Notes under the pieces: generated by a model | Databases searched by the model: none | What the model saw: the letters and a program-made list of their open reading frames with translations, nothing else | Told to the model about the DNA's origin: nothing | Assembly: GCA_964521755.1 (NCBI GenBank) | Contig: CAZFSZ010000003.1 | Span: 1-63,617, forward strand | Length of the DNA: 63,617 nt | Reading direction: 5' to 3' | Source of the DNA: an uncultured Methanosarcinales archaeon | Lineage (GTDB): Archaea; Nanobdellota; Nanobdellia; Woesearchaeales; WJKL01 | In this document: piece by piece, positions 1 to 8,914 of the stretch | Layout of the letters: each line of letters opens with the position of its first letter | Numbering within the stretch: the stretch's first letter is position 1 | Made by a program: the position numbers and the translations under genes

Positions 1-51
1 AAGTTTACTCACAGAATAGTTTCTGAGAGTCTCTTTTTGCGAAGCAAAAAG

Positions 52-59
52 TTTAAATA
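52..59 (+). promoter_or_regulatory. TATA box (TTTAAATA) for the ABC transporter operon
   Basis: The 8-nt box has its upstream edge 30 nt before the ATG at 82, the same spacing seen at many first genes in this window. Confidence 0.45.
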
Positions 60-81
60 GATTATAATAATATTATACATT

Positions 82-1026
82 ATGCCTTCACTTATCAAAT
101 TCAAGAATCTTACCAAACAATTCAAGGATAAAATAGTCCTAAAAAACATTAATCTTAAAATTAAAAAAGGAGAAATATTTGGCATTATTGGAATGTCTGG
201 TTCTGGAAAAACAACCTTGTTAAACACTTTGATTGGTTTTTTAGACCCTGAAAAAGGAGATATTTATTATTACAACAAAAAAACAAAAAAACATGAGCCG
301 ATTTCTGAAGATCCTCTTAAAAAAAGAAAGATGTTTGGCTTTGCAACTCAGATGCCGTCTTTTTACCCCAAATTAACAATAGAGGAAAATCTTGACCATT
401 TTGGCTCTCTTTATAACCTAAAAAGCAAGACAAGGAAAAAGAACATCAAAAGACTCCTTAAGATGATAGATTTAAAGTCTGAAAAAGACCTTCTTGCTCA
501 AACCCTTTCAGGAGGTATGGAAAAACGCCTGGGAATAGCATGCGCTCTTGTCCATGACCCTGATGTACTTATACTCGATGAACCAACCGCAAATCTTGAC
601 CCTGTTCTAAGAGAGGAGACATGGGGGCTTGTTGAAAAGATAAATAAGTCAGGCACTACAGTAATAGTAGCATCTCATCTGTTGGATGAACTTGAGCCAA
701 TCTGCAGCAGGATAGGGATACTCCATAATCATTCATTAGTCAAGATAGGGACACCTGACCAGTTAAAAGGAAAATATTCAAAAAATGAAGAGATAAGACT
801 TACTGTTTCAGGAAAACACAACCAAATAAAAAAAATAATGAAAAAAGCGCCATATATCAAAAAGATAAAAAAAGATGGAGACACCCTTATATTTTACACC
901 CCTAATCCACTAAAAACATTATATAATCTTTTAAATAAAGTTGATAAATTAAAGCAAAAGGTTTTGGAATTGGAGGTTAGCAGACCTTCACTAAAAGAAG
1001 TATTTGAGTCAATATATAGCAAATAA
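82..1026 (+). CDS. ABC transporter ATP-binding protein
   Basis: Walker A GMSGSGKTT, ABC signature LSGGMEKR, Walker B VLILDEPT. Confidence 0.9.
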   Translation: MPSLIKFKNLTKQFKDKIVLKNINLKIKKGEIFGIIGMSGSGKTTLLNTLIGFLDPEKGDIYYYNKKTKKHEPISEDPLKKRKMFGFATQMPSFYPKLTIEENLDHFGSLYNLKSKTRKKNIKRLLKMIDLKSEKDLLAQTLSGGMEKRLGIACALVHDPDVLILDEPTANLDPVLREETWGLVEKINKSGTTVIVASHLLDELEPICSRIGILHNHSLVKIGTPDQLKGKYSKNEEIRLTVSGKHNQIKKIMKKAPYIKKIKKDGDTLIFYTPNPLKTLYNLLNKVDKLKQKVLELEVSRPSLKEVFESIYSK

Positions 1027-1054
1027 AAGAGGTGAACTGCTTAAAGCAGCAAAG

Positions 1055-2716
1055 ATGCTTTCATTGTTTAAGATAATAAAGAAGAATCTAAAGTTGTTGA
1101 TCAGAAGCAAGAGCTCAGCTTTGATCATAATATTAGGTCCTTTGCTGGTTATTTTTCTTGTTGGAATAGCTTTTGATAACTTAAATCAATATAGTTTAAG
1201 TATAGGGACTTATTCAAAATCTTATTCTCCTTTAACTGACTCTTTTATAACTAAACTTGAGGGAAAGAATTTTAGGGTAGAAAAAATAAGTTCAGAAGAA
1301 GAGTGCATTGATCTGATAAGACAGGGAAAACTTAATACCTGCATAACTTTTCCCAAAAATCTGGATCTGGATTCAGATCAGATGAATGAGATTGTGTTTC
1401 ATGTTGATAATTCTAAGATAAATCTTGTCTGGATGGTTTTAGAGTCAATATCAGACAAGCTTTCTGAGCGTTCTTCAGAACTAAGCCTTGATCTGACCAC
1501 AGATCTGCTGAACAAGATAGATTTAACTAATGATGAACTTTATAAGATTCGGCCAACCATAACAAATCTTAAAACAGAAAACAAGAATTCAGCAGATCTT
1601 ATAGATGATGCAGAAAGAAGAATTACTGCAAATGTAAATGATTTAAGGAAAAAACAGGCAGCAATGCACACTACTTTGGTTCGTAAAATAAATAGCGCAC
1701 AAGAGTTGGTTTACGATATTAAACAAGTGATAGATCAGACAGAATATAATTCCACCAAACAAAAACTAGAGGAGCTAAAAACAGACCTCATTGCCCTAGA
1801 GAATAAAATAACAGTTCAGGGAGAGAGCCTTAGTGATTGGAAAATACTGGAAAATATATTAGAAGACATTAATGAAATCGCTATAAATAATCTTAATTCA
1901 ATAGACAACAATCTCAAAAAATCCGAAATCAAGATAAAAGAGATTCAGTCAGCGGTCAATAAAGTATATGGCGAAGTCTCTGACATAAAAATAACAAACG
2001 CAACCACTATTGTAAACCCAATAACAACGAGAATAAAGCCTGTAACCAGAGAAAGAAGTTATCTTAATTACCTATTCCCTGCTCTTGTAATTCTAGTAAT
2101 TATGTTCATATCAATTCTTTTGGGAAATACATTGGTTATGATGGAAAAACACTCTCCTGCTTATTTTAGGAATTTCATAACCCCAACTAGAGACATTATC
2201 TTTATTCTTGCAACTTATTTAACCAATGTCATTCTTGTATTTCTTCAACTGATAATTATTCTGTTGATTTCTTCTGTTTTCTTTAAAGCCCAGATTCTGT
2301 CTACAATTCCCGCCACAATCTTGATACTTTTATTGTCCATAACATTTTTTACTTTTGTAGGCATGACTATAGGATATATTTTTACTTCAGAAGAAACTTC
2401 AACACTTGCAGCAATATCCATAGGAGCAATATTTTTATTTCTCTCTAATGTAATCCTGCCATTAGAAACAATGCCTGATTCAATAAGGAATGCTGCAAGA
2501 TTCAATCCTTTTGTGCTTGGAGAATCCCTGTTAAGAAAAGCAATAATCTTTCAGACAAAATTTTCTCTGCTTTATAGGGATATTCTAACATTATTGGCAT
2601 ATTCACTTGTCCTGTTTTTGATTATATGGATATCTCAAAAGATAGTAAGAAAACATCTTATCCATAAGATCAGCTTTCATAAAAGCAAGCCAAAAAAGAA
2701 ACCAAAAAAGAAGTAG
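1055..2716 (+). CDS. ABC-2 type transporter permease with a large extracytoplasmic coiled-coil domain
   Basis: One N-terminal TM helix, a ~300-aa coiled-coil-rich segment, then about 5 C-terminal TM helices. It directly follows the ATPase. Start moved to the Met at 1055 because the ORF-track start at 1004 overlaps the upstream gene. Confidence 0.7.
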   Translation: MLSLFKIIKKNLKLLIRSKSSALIIILGPLLVIFLVGIAFDNLNQYSLSIGTYSKSYSPLTDSFITKLEGKNFRVEKISSEEECIDLIRQGKLNTCITFPKNLDLDSDQMNEIVFHVDNSKINLVWMVLESISDKLSERSSELSLDLTTDLLNKIDLTNDELYKIRPTITNLKTENKNSADLIDDAERRITANVNDLRKKQAAMHTTLVRKINSAQELVYDIKQVIDQTEYNSTKQKLEELKTDLIALENKITVQGESLSDWKILENILEDINEIAINNLNSIDNNLKKSEIKIKEIQSAVNKVYGEVSDIKITNATTIVNPITTRIKPVTRERSYLNYLFPALVILVIMFISILLGNTLVMMEKHSPAYFRNFITPTRDIIFILATYLTNVILVFLQLIIILLISSVFFKAQILSTIPATILILLLSITFFTFVGMTIGYIFTSEETSTLAAISIGAIFLFLSNVILPLETMPDSIRNAARFNPFVLGESLLRKAIIFQTKFSLLYRDILTLLAYSLVLFLIIWISQKIVRKHLIHKISFHKSKPKKKPKKK

Positions 2717-2741
2717 TTTTTTATAGTTAATTCTTATTTGT

Positions 2742-3236
2742 TTGTGTATGATAATCATTATATCTGGAACCCCTGGAACCGGAAAGACCACCCTTGCAAA
2801 AAAATTGATGAATGTATTAAATTATCCTCTGCTTGATTTAAAACATTTCATAAAGGAAAAAAATCTTGCAGAATCCTATGACAAAAAAAGAAAAACAAAT
2901 ATCATAGATATAAAAAAGCTGAATAAAGAGATTATAAAAGAGATTAAAAAAGTCCAGAACCAGCATTCGCCTAAAGGGATGATCATAGAATCTCATCTTT
3001 CCCACTATCTTCCAAAAAAATATGTAGGTTTGTGTATTATAACAAAAACAGGTTTAAAAACCTTAAAGAAAAGGCTTCAAAATAGGGGCTACAGCAAAGA
3101 AAAAATAAGAGAAAACATGGATTCAGAGATATTTGATGTCTGTTTAAATGAAGCAAAAGAAAGAGGCCACAATATATTAATAATAGACACAACAAAAACA
3201 ATAAATATAAAAGAAATAGCAAAAAAAATAAAATGA
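2742..3236 (+). CDS. P-loop nucleoside kinase, AK6/Fap7-like putative adenylate kinase
   Basis: N-terminal P-loop ISGTPGTGKTT. The ~160-aa size fits archaeal Fap7-type kinases. Confidence 0.65.
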   Translation: MCMIIIISGTPGTGKTTLAKKLMNVLNYPLLDLKHFIKEKNLAESYDKKRKTNIIDIKKLNKEIIKEIKKVQNQHSPKGMIIESHLSHYLPKKYVGLCIITKTGLKTLKKRLQNRGYSKEKIRENMDSEIFDVCLNEAKERGHNILIIDTTKTINIKEIAKKIK

Positions 3237-4342
3237 CAAAAAAACTGGCAGCGTTAGAGATTCATTATCTTTTAAAGGAATTTGAAACTTTGATAGATGC
3301 AAAAGTAGACAAAATATATGCTCCCAGGAAAAAAGAGCTGTTTCTGCGGCTTCATGTCCCAAATAAAGGAAAAAGAATATTAAAGATAGATGAAAAATCA
3401 ATGTATCTCACTGAATCAAGGCCAAAAGCGTCTTCTCCTTCTGATTTCTGCATGTATTTAAGAAAAAAATTATCTAATGCAAGGCTCAGGAAAATAGACC
3501 AAATAAGGTTCGAAAGGATAGTTTCTTTGACATTTGAAACCAAAACCCAGAATTTTCAGCTTATTGCTGAACTTTTCAGCAGAGGAAATATAATCTTGGT
3601 TCAGGACAAGAAAATCCTGGTTGCTGCAGAATATCAAAAATGGAAAACCAGGACAATCAGGCCTAGAGCAGTATATAAACATCCCAAAAAAGAATATAAT
3701 TTCTTGACCATAAAAAAGAAAGATTTCAAAGAGCTTCTTTCTTCTACAAACAAGGAAAATATTGTAAAATCCCTTGCTGTTGACCTGGGTCTTGGGGGAA
3801 CATATTCAGAAGAAGCATGTTTACTATCCAAAATTGACAAAGATAAAGACACTAAAAAAATGGATGATAAAGAGATCACTTCATTGTTTTCTGCATTGAC
3901 TGAAATTAAAAACAAAAAACTGGACCCAAGAATAGTCTATAAAAAAGATAAGATAATGGATCTTGTTCCATTTAAACTAGATATATATAAAGATCTTAAG
4001 CAGAAAAAAGCAGAATCATATTCAAAGATATTAAGCAAATATTTCTTAAAGATAAAATCAAGAATCCAAAAGCAAAAAAAGCAGAAAAAGCTTAACCAAA
4101 TAAAAGAGATCATAAAAGAACAGAAGCAAAGCATAAAAAATCTCAAAAAACAGGAAAAGATCAACAGAGAAAAAGCAGAAAAGATATATGAGAACTATCA
4201 AAAAATATCCAAACTCCTTAGCGAGCTTAAAGAAATCTCCAAAAAACATCCTTGGAAAGAGATAAAAGAAAAGCTAAAAAAACATAAACTTATCAAAGAA
4301 GTTATTCCCAAAGAAAAATCAGTTGTTATATATATTAAATAA
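3233..4342 (+). CDS. NFACT-N domain protein (Rqc2/FbpA N-terminal family), short form
   Basis: The N-terminal ~150 aa fit the NFACT-N pattern (DFCMYLRKKLSNARLRKIDQIRFERIV, LIAELFSRGNIIL). A K/E-rich coiled coil follows, and no NFACT-R/C part is visible. Confidence 0.55.
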   Translation: MTKKLAALEIHYLLKEFETLIDAKVDKIYAPRKKELFLRLHVPNKGKRILKIDEKSMYLTESRPKASSPSDFCMYLRKKLSNARLRKIDQIRFERIVSLTFETKTQNFQLIAELFSRGNIILVQDKKILVAAEYQKWKTRTIRPRAVYKHPKKEYNFLTIKKKDFKELLSSTNKENIVKSLAVDLGLGGTYSEEACLLSKIDKDKDTKKMDDKEITSLFSALTEIKNKKLDPRIVYKKDKIMDLVPFKLDIYKDLKQKKAESYSKILSKYFLKIKSRIQKQKKQKKLNQIKEIIKEQKQSIKNLKKQEKINREKAEKIYENYQKISKLLSELKEISKKHPWKEIKEKLKKHKLIKEVIPKEKSVVIYIK

Positions 4343-4347
4343 AAAAA
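4341..4347 (-). terminator. oligo-T run immediately after the 5S rRNA 3-prime end
   Basis: Seven A on the plus strand give TTTTTTT on the minus strand directly downstream of the 5S end. Confidence 0.4.
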
Positions 4348-4483
4348 GGTGGCAGCTTATCATGTTTCCCGCGTAGTGCGGTACACCATGATACGGAGGC
4401 TTGCTTAACTTTTACACATGTAAGCAATAGCTTAACATTCTGTGTTCAAATGGGTACAGGTGAACCAAGCCCCTATGGCCGCC
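4348..4483 (-). rRNA. rrf: 5S ribosomal RNA, orphan copy with an extra internal segment
   Basis: The minus strand reads GGCGGCCATAGGGGCTTGGTTCACCTGTACCCATTTGAACACAGAATGTTAAGC...TATCATGGTGTACCGCACTACGCGGGAAACATGATAAGCTGCCACC. It has the conserved loop C/helix III core, a helix I closure (GGCGGC/GCTGCC) and helix IV/V pairing (TATCATG/CATGATA, CCGC/GCGG). A TATA box sits 24-31 nt upstream. Confidence 0.85.
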
Positions 4484-4506
4484 TATAGATAAGAAAAAAT
4501 CAGGTA

Positions 4507-4514
4507 TTTATAAA
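4507..4514 (-). promoter_or_regulatory. TATA box (TTTATAAA) for 5S rRNA
   Basis: Palindromic box 24-31 nt upstream of the 5S 5-prime end at 4483. Confidence 0.5.
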
Positions 4515-4526
4515 GATTACGAAAAA

Positions 4527-5333
4527 TTAAACTATTTTCTTTGTATCTTTCTTTGTATGTATATGAATCTCTTTCTCACTGCTTAAATGTCCGTTAAGCA
4601 TGCCCTTCTCAGCTAATACAGGAAATACATCTTTTTCCAGCCAATCTCCGCTGTATTCAAATATTTCAGGCCCTGTAACAAACATACTGCTGAAACCAAT
4701 ATATGTATCTGAATCTTTTGGTTTTTGTATAAATTTGAGTATTTTGCTTCCTTCTATCTTAACAATACCTTTTTTACTTGGAGTAGCTGAAGAAGTAAGC
4801 ATCAAAGTAGTTGCAGCATTCTGCTTTAGATGATCATTCCAAAGCTCTTCAATATTTATTTTATTAAAGAATATGTCTCCATATATGACCAAAAAATTAG
4901 AGTTTATTTTTCCTTTTAATAATCTTAGGCTGTCTGCACTTCCTGATGATTTCTTTTCTTCAATATAATTGATTTTAACACCATATTTATCCCCATTTCC
5001 AACTAAGTTAAATACAGCAGTAAGAATTGGCTTTCTTGCAATAATAAATATAGTTTTAAAATTATTTTTTCTTAGTTTTTTTATTCCTTCTTCAATTAAA
5101 GTATTGTTTTTAATATTTGTAGTTATTCTATATTCATTTTTATTGATCTTTTGTTTTTTTACACTTCCACCACTTAAAATAACTGCAGTTTTATTTTCTC
5201 CCAGGGCATTGTCAACCAAATGCTCAATAGCCTGGCTTCTGTTTCTAATGTTAATATTATCAACTATATTATCAACTTCTTTTAACAGCCTTTTGTTTAT
5301 AGTAATGCTTATCTTTTCTTTCATGTCTTTCAT
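4527..5333 (-). CDS. Ribbon-helix-helix (CopG/NikR-like) domain fused to a sugar-nucleotidyltransferase-fold domain
   Basis: The N-terminus KISITINKRLLKEVDNIV...RNRSQAIEHLV is an RHH pattern. The remainder has an NTP_transferase-like layout (AVILSGG..., VIYGDIFF) but lacks the canonical GxGTRL loop. Promoter spacing favours the second Met at 5324 as the true start. Confidence 0.6.
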   Translation of the reverse strand: MKDMKEKISITINKRLLKEVDNIVDNINIRNRSQAIEHLVDNALGENKTAVILSGGSVKKQKINKNEYRITTNIKNNTLIEEGIKKLRKNNFKTIFIIARKPILTAVFNLVGNGDKYGVKINYIEEKKSSGSADSLRLLKGKINSNFLVIYGDIFFNKINIEELWNDHLKQNAATTLMLTSSATPSKKGIVKIEGSKILKFIQKPKDSDTYIGFSSMFVTGPEIFEYSGDWLEKDVFPVLAEKGMLNGHLSSEKEIHIHTKKDTKKIV

Positions 5334-5346
5334 AAGATTCTTTAAC

Positions 5347-5354
5347 TATAAAAA
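5347..5354 (-). promoter_or_regulatory. TATA box (TTTTTATA) for the RHH-nucleotidyltransferase gene
   Basis: Upstream edge 30 nt from the Met codon at 5324 but only 21 nt from the one at 5333. Confidence 0.35.
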
Positions 5355-5425
5355 GCTTCCCAAAAAGTAGGAAAAAGTAGGATAAAGGTAAGATATTTAA
5401 ATAAAAAATAAATTTCATTCTTAAA

Positions 5426-5740
5426 ATGACTGCTAATATATTAGAAAAAGAAGTATGCAAACAAAAAACACAAAAAAAACCATATCTTATAACTTTTCTT
5501 ACAAATGAAGATTGTGCAGTTCCGAGAAATATAGATTTAAGAAAAGAAGAATGTCCTGATCATGATTTTAAATCTACAGTGGAGTGGGCAAAAGAATTGT
5601 ACGGCAAAGATAATGTAATATATCATAATTCATTGGGAAGGCCTTTCTTTAATCACAATATGACTGCTTCTATCTATGTCAGAGGGGAGACTTCTTCTGA
5701 TTTAAGTTTATTCAGATATAAAAGAGGGGAAAATAGTTAA
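5426..5740 (+). CDS. hypothetical protein
   Basis: A 104-aa ORF in the same direction as ugd and just upstream of it. No recognisable motif. Confidence 0.35.
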   Translation: MTANILEKEVCKQKTQKKPYLITFLTNEDCAVPRNIDLRKEECPDHDFKSTVEWAKELYGKDNVIYHNSLGRPFFNHNMTASIYVRGETSSDLSLFRYKRGENS

Positions 5741-5743
5741 AAT

Positions 5744-7045
5744 ATGAAAATAACAATAATGGGAACAGGTTATGTTGGATTGGTGATGGGAACTTGTTTC
5801 GCAGACCTTGGAAATGATGTAATTTGTTTGGATATTGATGAAAAAAAGATAGATAATCTTAATTCTGGAATCCTCCCAATATATGAGCCTGGATTAAAAG
5901 AATTAGTAAAAAGGAATAAGAGAGAAGGCAGGCTGATTTTTACTACAAACAAAGAAAAAGCAATACAGGATTCTCAAGTTATATTTATTGCAGTTGGCAC
6001 CCCCATGGGAGAGAATCATGAAGCAGATTTAAGATTCGTAAAGGCAGTTGCAAAAGATGTTGGAATTTATATGAATGAATACAAAGTTATAGTAGATAAA
6101 AGCACAGTTCCTGTTGGAACAGGGGACATAGTAAAAAAGATTATAAAAGAAAATCAAAAAAAACTATTTGAAGTTGATGTTGTGTCAAATCCTGAATTTC
6201 TTAAAGAAGGCTCAGCAATAAAAGATTTCCAAAATCCCGATAGGATTGTTATAGGCTCTGATTCAGAAAAAGCAAAAAAAATAATGGAGAATCTTTACAA
6301 GCCGCTGGCAAGAACAAACAGGCCAATTCTTTTTACCGATATCAAAAGTGCAGAACTTATTAAATATGCCTCTAATGCAATGCTGGCAACAAGAATATCT
6401 TTTATGAATGAACTTTCTCACCTGGCAGAAAAAGTGGATGCAGATATAAAAAAAGTAGCCAAGGGAATGGGGCTTGATGATAGAATAGGCCCAAGATTCT
6501 TGCAGGCAGGAGTAGGGTATGGAGGATCATGTTTTCCAAAAGATGTTCAGGCATTGGTACAGACCATGAAAAAGAATAAGTGCAGTGCAAAAATATTAGA
6601 GTCAGTTGAAGAAGTAAATAAAAAACAAAAACTTTCACTGATTCCAAAATTAAAATCATTTATTCCTGAATTAGAAAACAAAACCATTGCTGTTTGGGGG
6701 CTTGCATTTAAACCCAAAACAGATGATATTAGAGAAGCGCCGGCAGTAAATTTAATTCATGAATTGCAAAAACAAGGTGCAAAAATAAAAGCATTTGATC
6801 CAGTTGCCCAAAAAAATGCTAAAAAATATCTTCAAGGAGTAGAATATGCTGAAAATCCCTATAAGGCGATTGAAGATGCAGATGCCCTGTTGATAGCCAC
6901 AGAATGGGATGAATTCAGGGAACTGGACAAAGAAAAGATAAAGTCTTTTTTAAATAACCCCTGTGTTGTTGATGGAAGAAATATTTGGGAGCCTGAAGAG
7001 ATGAAAAAATTGGGATTTAGTTATATTGGTGTAGGAAGAAAATGA
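5744..7045 (+). CDS. ugd: UDP-glucose 6-dehydrogenase
   Basis: Rossmann motif MGTGYVGL, catalytic GGSCFPKD, 433 aa with the typical three-domain length. Confidence 0.93.
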   Translation: MKITIMGTGYVGLVMGTCFADLGNDVICLDIDEKKIDNLNSGILPIYEPGLKELVKRNKREGRLIFTTNKEKAIQDSQVIFIAVGTPMGENHEADLRFVKAVAKDVGIYMNEYKVIVDKSTVPVGTGDIVKKIIKENQKKLFEVDVVSNPEFLKEGSAIKDFQNPDRIVIGSDSEKAKKIMENLYKPLARTNRPILFTDIKSAELIKYASNAMLATRISFMNELSHLAEKVDADIKKVAKGMGLDDRIGPRFLQAGVGYGGSCFPKDVQALVQTMKKNKCSAKILESVEEVNKKQKLSLIPKLKSFIPELENKTIAVWGLAFKPKTDDIREAPAVNLIHELQKQGAKIKAFDPVAQKNAKKYLQGVEYAENPYKAIEDADALLIATEWDEFRELDKEKIKSFLNNPCVVDGRNIWEPEEMKKLGFSYIGVGRK

Positions 7046-7788
7046 CTAAAGTGTTGATATTAGCAGCAGGATATGCAACAAGATTATATCCTTTAACTAA
7101 AGATAAAGCAAAGCCTTTATTGCCTGTAGCTGAAAAACCTCTGATTGAATATATCATAGAAAAAATTTATGAGGTTGAATGTGTAGATGAGATTATTGTT
7201 GTAACTAATGCTAAATTTTATGAAGATTTTAAAGAATGGAAATCTTCTTTTGATTCTAAGATCCCGATCAAGATTTTAAATGATGGATCTACTTCAAATG
7301 AAAACAGGCTTGGAGCTATAAAAGATATAAAGTTTGCAGTGGATGAGGAAAATATTGATGAAGACTTACTTGTATTAGCAGGAGATAATCTCTTTGAATT
7401 TAGTTTAAAAGATCTTTATGATTATTATAAAGAGAAGAATGCTCCTGTAACCTTGGCTTATGATACTGGTAATATAGATATTGTTAAAAACAGACATGGA
7501 GTTGTTGTTTTAGATAAAGAAAATAAAGTAATAGATTTTCAGGAAAAGCCGTCTGCTCCTAAATCTACAGTAAAATCTATTGCCTGCTATGTTTTGAACA
7601 AAAAAGCAATAGACTTATTGGATGATTATATCAGCAAAGGAGAAAATACAGATGCCCCAGGGTTTTTTATCGAATGGTTGTGCAAAAAAACTGATTTTTA
7701 TGCTTATATTATAGAAGAGCCTATTTTTGATATTGGAAATATGGAAAGCTATAAAAAGGCAAACGAAACATATAAAAAGACAAAATAA
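7042..7788 (+). CDS. sugar-phosphate nucleotidyltransferase (paralogue 1)
   Basis: LILAAGYATRLYPLTKDKAKPLLPV N-terminal nucleotide-binding loop. A 4-nt overlap with ugd. Confidence 0.8.
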   Translation: MTKVLILAAGYATRLYPLTKDKAKPLLPVAEKPLIEYIIEKIYEVECVDEIIVVTNAKFYEDFKEWKSSFDSKIPIKILNDGSTSNENRLGAIKDIKFAVDEENIDEDLLVLAGDNLFEFSLKDLYDYYKEKNAPVTLAYDTGNIDIVKNRHGVVVLDKENKVIDFQEKPSAPKSTVKSIACYVLNKKAIDLLDDYISKGENTDAPGFFIEWLCKKTDFYAYIIEEPIFDIGNMESYKKANETYKKTK

Positions 7789-7861
7789 ATAAATTCTACA
7801 GGTGATAATAAATGAAACTTACGAATGAAATGAGTAAGGTTTGTCATTGGAGGCAAAAACA

Positions 7862-8614
7862 ATGACAAAAGCTTTAGTATTAGCAGCAGGATACGCAACA
7901 AGACTTTATCCAATAACCAAACATATTTCTAAACCGCTTCTTCCAGTAAATGGAAAACCAATGATTGAATATATTCTAGATAAAATATCTTTAATAGACG
8001 AGATTGATGAAATCTATATTGTAACCAACAAAAAATTCTATCCTCATTTTAAGCTTTGGTATGATAGGATAAAAGCAGCAGGAGTTTATGACAAGAAAAT
8101 AAAAATAATAAATGATAATACTGTAAAAGATGGAACAAAGCTGGGAGCCATAGGAGACATGAAATATGTTGTTGACCAGGAAAATATCAAAGATGATCTT
8201 CTTATTGTTGGCGGAGATAACTTATTTGAATTTAATCTGCAGGATACTGTTGATTATTTCAAAGAAAAAGACCAAAATGTAGTTGCTTTGCATGATATAA
8301 AAGACCATGAAGCAGTTAAAAAATATTCAGTAGTGGAATTAAATCCTGAAGATAAATTAATTGATTTTGAAGAAAAACCTGAAAAACCAAAATCAACTTT
8401 GATTGCTATCTGTACTTATATCTTTAAGAAAGAAACTCTTCCTAGAATAACAGAATATATAGAAAAAGGAAACAATCCAGATGCACCAGGTTATTTCATA
8501 GAATGGCTTTATGAAAACGATGAAATCTACGGTTGGGTATTTTCAGAATCATGGTATGATATTGGAAGCGTAGAACAGTTCGAAGAAGCTAATTTAAAAT
8601 ACGGAGGAATTTAG
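7862..8614 (+). CDS. sugar-phosphate nucleotidyltransferase (paralogue 2)
   Basis: LVLAAGYATRLYPITKHISKPLLPV, colinear with the upstream paralogue. GGAGG at 7849-7853 precedes the ATG at 7862; the ORF-track start at 7841 is a TTG. Confidence 0.8.
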   Translation: MTKALVLAAGYATRLYPITKHISKPLLPVNGKPMIEYILDKISLIDEIDEIYIVTNKKFYPHFKLWYDRIKAAGVYDKKIKIINDNTVKDGTKLGAIGDMKYVVDQENIKDDLLIVGGDNLFEFNLQDTVDYFKEKDQNVVALHDIKDHEAVKKYSVVELNPEDKLIDFEEKPEKPKSTLIAICTYIFKKETLPRITEYIEKGNNPDAPGYFIEWLYENDEIYGWVFSESWYDIGSVEQFEEANLKYGGI

Positions 8615-8838
8615 TCTAAATATCCTAATCCTCTTAGTCTTTCTTTTACTTTTTCTTCATCTTCTTCAGAATAAACTTCTTCTTTTTCCTCTTCATTATC
8701 TTCTTTTTCATTCTCAAGCCTATCCACAACCTGTTTTAGAATATATTCCACATATTTTTCCACATTTTTGAATTCATCTGAAGAATCTACTCTCTTTTGA
8801 AGTTTTTTTGTTATTTTGTTTGGTATTTTTATTTTCAT
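8611..8838 (-). CDS. small acidic protein, possibly ribbon-helix-helix
   Basis: 75 aa with an N-terminal strand-helix-helix-like pattern, an E-rich tail and a C-terminal RLRGLGYLD. TATA box at 8864-8871. Confidence 0.4.
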   Translation of the reverse strand: MKIKIPNKITKKLQKRVDSSDEFKNVEKYVEYILKQVVDRLENEKEDNEEEKEEVYSEEDEEKVKERLRGLGYLD

Positions 8839-8863
8839 ATTTAGAACAAGAATTGTAGATTAT

Positions 8864-8871
8864 TTTATAAA
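8864..8871 (-). promoter_or_regulatory. TATA box (TTTATAAA) for the 75-aa gene
   Basis: 26-33 nt upstream of the ATG at 8838. Confidence 0.4.
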
Positions 8872-8914
8872 CTTTTTGATTAAATTTAAATACTTCTTAA
8901 AAAATATATATTTT

